Below the pieces are notes generated by a model that saw nothing but the letters and a program-made list of their open reading frames with translations, ran no database searches and was not told the origin of the DNA. From positions 1-29,165 of the IMG/VR virus record IMGVR_UViG_3300044723_006508: DNA of 29,165 bases; one strand, written 5' to 3'. The stretch is from a virus (taxonomy: Duplodnaviria > Caudoviricetes). Numbering within the stretch: the first letter of the stretch is position 1; each line of letters begins with the position of its first letter. A program made the translations under genes and the position numbers. Positions 25,842 through 29,165 of this stretch are shown in pieces.

Positions 25842-27917
25842 ATGGCACTACCGGTCCCAGCACAGAGCCCAGGCGAAAAAAGAGTCCTTGAAGTATTAGA
25901 GGATAATAACAGGTACCTGGAAGAAATCAAAGCTACTGTCACATCAGACTCTACTATCATTGAAGGTCAGTATGAAATACTTGATGAACAGCTCCAGATA
26001 GAAGAAGAAAATCAAAGACTAGCTGCATTAGAAGCTGACAACGCTGAATTAAGAGCAAATAGGTTAGAGAGAAAATTAGCTAGCGATACAGGAGCTACGG
26101 CAACACCTGTATCAACAATGTCAGGTGGAGCTGCTCGGGCAGATGGACCAGGCCTCTTAAACGCTCTTAAAACAGCATTTCCATTAGCATTAGCTCCAGC
26201 ATTGGCTGCTGCCTTACAAGGCGGTGGTTTGATTGGCCTTGGAAATATGTTTGGTGAAAGTATAGGTAGCTTTCTTGGTGATAATATTGGCAAACTGATT
26301 ACTGATCTTGGTGTTGACCCTGCATTCGGTCAGAAAGTAGATGATCTGCTCACAGAAAGAACAGGTTCTTTAATTGTATCTGGTGGTTGGTCTAAATTAC
26401 TATTCGGTAAAGCGCGTTACGGTATTATTGCTGACGCTATAGCGGGTTTCCTCGGTCTTCCTAGTCTTACAGACCCTGCTGTTGTAGAGGAAATACAATC
26501 TAATATTACTAGTATGTTTGGTGAGACGGTTGGCAATCTTTTCGGTGGCGCAGCAGATGTAATAGAGCAAGGCGGTCAAGGTTTATTTGCTGGTTCAATG
26601 CTAGGATCAATGTTTGGTCGTAGAGGTAGAGTTGTTGGTGCATTAGCAGGCTTGTTTATTGACTATTTTGATCTTACCAGTCTTGCAGATCCTGCTAAGC
26701 GCGATGAAATAATGGATAATGTTTTCAGCACTATTCCAACCATGCTTGGTACAACCGCAGCACTTGGCGCTACATATTACGGCGGCAGAAGAGCCTTAAG
26801 TGCAGCTGGCAGCGGTATTTCTGGTGCATTTAATAGACTTCTTGGAAGAGGTGGTGCACCTGCAGCTCCAGAAGTTCAAGCTCCAGAGCCTCCTAGAATG
26901 ACTGCTAGAGAAGCTGCTAGAAATCTTACACCAGCACAATTAGAGCAATCAGGCTTAAGAAGAGTTGGTACCGGCGCGAATGCAATTATACAACGTGCTG
27001 GAACAGGTCAAATAGCTTCAAATGCTGATATACTCGCTGCTGCTGAATCAGCTGCAATTAGAAGATATCCACGTCTAGCTAAGCTTTTAAGATTTCCAGG
27101 AATAGGCTCTATAATTTCGCTTGGTGAGCTTTATTTTATATTAAACGATGATAGTACTTCAATGGATGAAAAAGTAGCAAGAGTTGCTGGATTGCTTGGT
27201 GGTATTGGTGGTAGTACACTCGGTGCTATTGCTGGTGGTTTAGTGGGAGCTCCAGGTGGACCGCTAGCAATTGCTACCGCTTTTGTAGGCGGTACTGCAG
27301 GATACTTTGCCGGAGATGCAATTGTATATCATATCGCTAAGTATCTGCTTGGGTTAACTGATGCTGAAGCTCCTGAAGGTTTAGTAGAAACAATAGCGCC
27401 GGAGATGCAAGAACCTCCAGGATTACCAGCAGCAGGAGCTCCAGCAGCTGCAGCTGGTTTAACAGGTGCAACCGCGACACCTACATCTACAGCAACTGGT
27501 GGTACAGTTAATACTACAACAGCTAATATGGTTGGCGAAGGTGCTACGGAACTATCAGCAGCTAATATGGTTGGCGAAGGTGCTACGGAACTATCAGCAG
27601 CTAATTTACCTGGCGCTGGTAACATTGAATCATCAAGAGCTAATACAATAAGAACTACTAGTGTATCGATTGCAAGTCCTAACTCGGTAAGAATATTACC
27701 TCAGGTAGGTACTAATCAGATAACTGAAAGGTCGCTGATGTTAGGTAGACAATCTGGTAATTTAAATATTGTACAACCAGTACAAAATGTTACTAACGTA
27801 ACTAATAATAACACTAGTGTTGCTGGTGGCGGAGGCGGTGGTGGTAACATGCCGTCAGGCAGGTCTTATAACTTAGATCAATCTTTTAACTCGGTACAGC
27901 GACCGGCTTACGCATAA
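25842..27917 (+). CDS. Tape measure / tail-length determinant-like protein (gp29 position)
   Basis: 691 aa with an N-terminal coiled coil, long Gly/Ala/Leu-rich amphipathic helices (GAIAGGLVG) and a low-complexity tail with VTNVTNNNTSV; follows gp26-gp51. Confidence 0.7.
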   Translation: MALPVPAQSPGEKRVLEVLEDNNRYLEEIKATVTSDSTIIEGQYEILDEQLQIEEENQRLAALEADNAELRANRLERKLASDTGATATPVSTMSGGAARADGPGLLNALKTAFPLALAPALAAALQGGGLIGLGNMFGESIGSFLGDNIGKLITDLGVDPAFGQKVDDLLTERTGSLIVSGGWSKLLFGKARYGIIADAIAGFLGLPSLTDPAVVEEIQSNITSMFGETVGNLFGGAADVIEQGGQGLFAGSMLGSMFGRRGRVVGALAGLFIDYFDLTSLADPAKRDEIMDNVFSTIPTMLGTTAALGATYYGGRRALSAAGSGISGAFNRLLGRGGAPAAPEVQAPEPPRMTAREAARNLTPAQLEQSGLRRVGTGANAIIQRAGTGQIASNADILAAAESAAIRRYPRLAKLLRFPGIGSIISLGELYFILNDDSTSMDEKVARVAGLLGGIGGSTLGAIAGGLVGAPGGPLAIATAFVGGTAGYFAGDAIVYHIAKYLLGLTDAEAPEGLVETIAPEMQEPPGLPAAGAPAAAAGLTGATATPTSTATGGTVNTTTANMVGEGATELSAANMVGEGATELSAANLPGAGNIESSRANTIRTTSVSIASPNSVRILPQVGTNQITERSLMLGRQSGNLNIVQPVQNVTNVTNNNTSVAGGGGGGGNMPSGRSYNLDQSFNSVQRPAYA
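27520..27605 (+). repeat. Exact 39-bp tandem repeat (about 2.2 copies) in the tape-measure gene
   Basis: GCTAATATGGTTGGCGAAGGTGCTACGGAACTATCAGCA at 27522-27560 and 27561-27599, then GCTAAT; encodes ANMVGEGATELSA twice. Confidence 0.97.
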
Positions 27918-27940
27918 AAAAGGGGTCTTTCGACCCCCTT
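27916..27940 (-). terminator. Intrinsic terminator for gp32 (possibly bidirectional)
   Basis: Minus strand reads GGGGTC-GAAA-GACCCC followed by six T, between the convergent TMP and gp32 stops. Confidence 0.9.
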
Positions 27941-27946
27941 CTCATT

Positions 27947-28852
27947 TTAGTCATTAGCTAACTGTTCAAAGAACGACATACTATCGTCGTCATCGTCGTC
28001 AGCTGACGCCATTGCCGGTGCTGGAGCAGCTCTACTTGGTGCTGGAGCTGGCTCGACATCCTCTACAGTCTGTGCGATACCTTCTCTATTACCTTGCGAA
28101 CCACCATCTAAGCCAAGTACACGATTTAACTTTGCTTGCAGTTCTTCGTAAGACTTAAAGTTCTTAGGATCTACAAACTCAGACAAAGAGTGCTCAGATT
28201 TCCAAATACCTTCTAGCGCATCATCGTCATCTAATAGAGGTTCTGCTCTATCGAATTCAGACTTATCGTAGTTACGATAGCCTTCTAATTGACGAATCTT
28301 AAGCTTGAAGTTTGCACCTTCCCAAAGATCGAAAGGATTAACAGGTTGCTCATCCTGAAATTGAGGATTCATCATATCGTTAATCTTATCGAATATCTTC
28401 TTACCAAATTTATAAAGGAACACTTTACCTTCGTTCTCAGGAGCAGATGGATCAGATACTACATAGATGTTAGCAATGTAGTTAAGACGACGCTTCTGCT
28501 TGCGTACGATATCTTTATTAGATTCGATACCAGAGTTCCAAAGCATAGTATTATGCTCTGATACAGGGTCTTTCTTACCGATAGTAGTAAGAGAGTTTTC
28601 TATGTACCATCCACCTGAACCTTGAAAACCATGATTGAAGATTCTTACCCAAGGCAAGTCTTCGCCGCCGGGAGCAGGAAGAAAGCGAATAACAGCATAA
28701 CCATTACCAGCTTTATCTACAGTAGGTTTCCAGAAGTTCTCATCATCACGATTCTGGCTTTCACCAGGACTATTGAGTTTATTAGTCTCACTGATAAGAG
28801 TTTCGAGGGAAGTCTTGCGCGCGCGCTTAAGATCTGCGAATGAACTAGTCAT
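27947..28852 (-). CDS. gp32: Single-stranded DNA-binding protein (T4 gp32-like)
   Basis: FWKPTVDKAGNGYAVIRFLP, WYIENS, YIANIYVVSDP, VFLYKFGKKIFDKI, GANFKLK and NYDKSEF motifs, plus an acidic tail DDDDDDSMSFFEQLA; SD GGAG. Confidence 0.97.
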   Translation of the reverse strand: MTSSFADLKRARKTSLETLISETNKLNSPGESQNRDDENFWKPTVDKAGNGYAVIRFLPAPGGEDLPWVRIFNHGFQGSGGWYIENSLTTIGKKDPVSEHNTMLWNSGIESNKDIVRKQKRRLNYIANIYVVSDPSAPENEGKVFLYKFGKKIFDKINDMMNPQFQDEQPVNPFDLWEGANFKLKIRQLEGYRNYDKSEFDRAEPLLDDDDALEGIWKSEHSLSEFVDPKNFKSYEELQAKLNRVLGLDGGSQGNREGIAQTVEDVEPAPAPSRAAPAPAMASADDDDDDSMSFFEQLAND

Positions 28853-28930
28853 ATATTTTCTCCGTATATGCGTTGTATAGTAGTTTTATCCAATATCAAA
28901 AAACAAATAATATAATCATAATGTACACGT

Positions 28931-28959
28931 ATTATAGTCTAGTTGCTGCAATAAGTCAA
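28931..28959 (-). promoter_or_regulatory. Sigma70-type promoter for gp32 (TTGACT-N17-TATAAT)
   Basis: TTGACT at 28959-28954, a 17-nt spacer and TATAAT at 28936-28931; the -35 overlaps the gp59 TGA stop. Confidence 0.82.
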
Positions 28960-29165
28960 CTAGTAAATACCTTTCTCATTATCTCCTTATAAACATCTTT
29001 GTCGACAGGGAGAAAGGGCTTGTACTTTGCAACCTTCTGTTTAACGTTATCGTAACTAAAGTCATCAATAACTTTATTCCATCGAGCTGTAAAGTTCAAT
29101 ACTATATCCATAATTGAGAATGTCTCTATGGATATATGGCCACCTAATAACTTAGAAAGCAGTAT
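28956..29165 (-). CDS. gp59: Helicase loader (T4 gp59-like), C-terminal part only
   Basis: Translated by hand: ...ILLSKLLGGHISIETFSIMDIVLNFTARWNKVIDDFSYDNVKQKVAKYKPFLPVDKDVYKEIMRKVFTS*, with the IS(L/I)ET and KYxPFL motifs; immediately upstream of gp32 as in T4. Confidence 0.8.
   Translation of the reverse strand: MLLSKLLGGHISIETFSIMDIVLNFTARWNKVIDDFSYDNVKQKVAKYKPFLPVDKDVYKEIMRKVFTS

Noticed and set aside
27520-27605. CRISPR-like mini-array
   Set aside because: The repeats are directly adjacent with no spacers and are an in-frame coding duplication.
28817-28826. (GC)5 run in an AT-rich genome
   Set aside because: Explained by Arg-Ala-Arg codons near the gp32 start; it occurs once and has no supporting structure.
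1-29165. tRNA, rRNA, intron or integrase
   Set aside because: Coding density is near complete and intergenic gaps are about 100 nt or less, with no cloverleaf-like or intron-like segment seen by eye.

Overview
This window is a 29-kb piece of an AT-rich T4-superfamily myophage genome, with the gene order seen in marine/aquatic T4-like phages. It holds almost the whole baseplate/tail module. Minus strand, right to left: gp48, gp53, gp27-like hub, gp5 spike, a small basic Hc1/histone-H1-like gene, gp25, gp6, gp7, gp8, a 2101-aa VrlC/DUF4815-type protein, a 72-aa conserved gene, a 949-aa tail fibre, a fibre chaperone, a GT9-like glycosyltransferase and a NodU/CmcH carbamoyltransferase (cut by the window edge). 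Plus strand: gp4, gp2, gp54-like, gp26, gp51 and a tape-measure-like gene. These converge at an intrinsic terminator with gp32 and the 3' end of gp59. Four observations stand out. (1) A candidate virion-protein modification cassette: a fibre with about 76 irregularly spaced cysteines sits directly upstream of a GT9-like enzyme whose WaaC-type catalytic Asp13 position is Arg, followed by a carbamoyltransferase. This suggests S-linked glycosylation/carbamoylation of the fibre (inference). (2) A T-TTT-TTC slippery site would fuse gp26 to gp51 by -1 frameshift just upstream of the tape measure, as in lambda G/GT. (3) The gp5 spike lacks lysozyme and ends in an HxH apex, with no PAAR gene nearby. 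(4) A (A/S/G)-N-(T/S/V) motif recurs through the exposed virion proteins. All family assignments come from motif recognition and synteny by eye; no database search was run.
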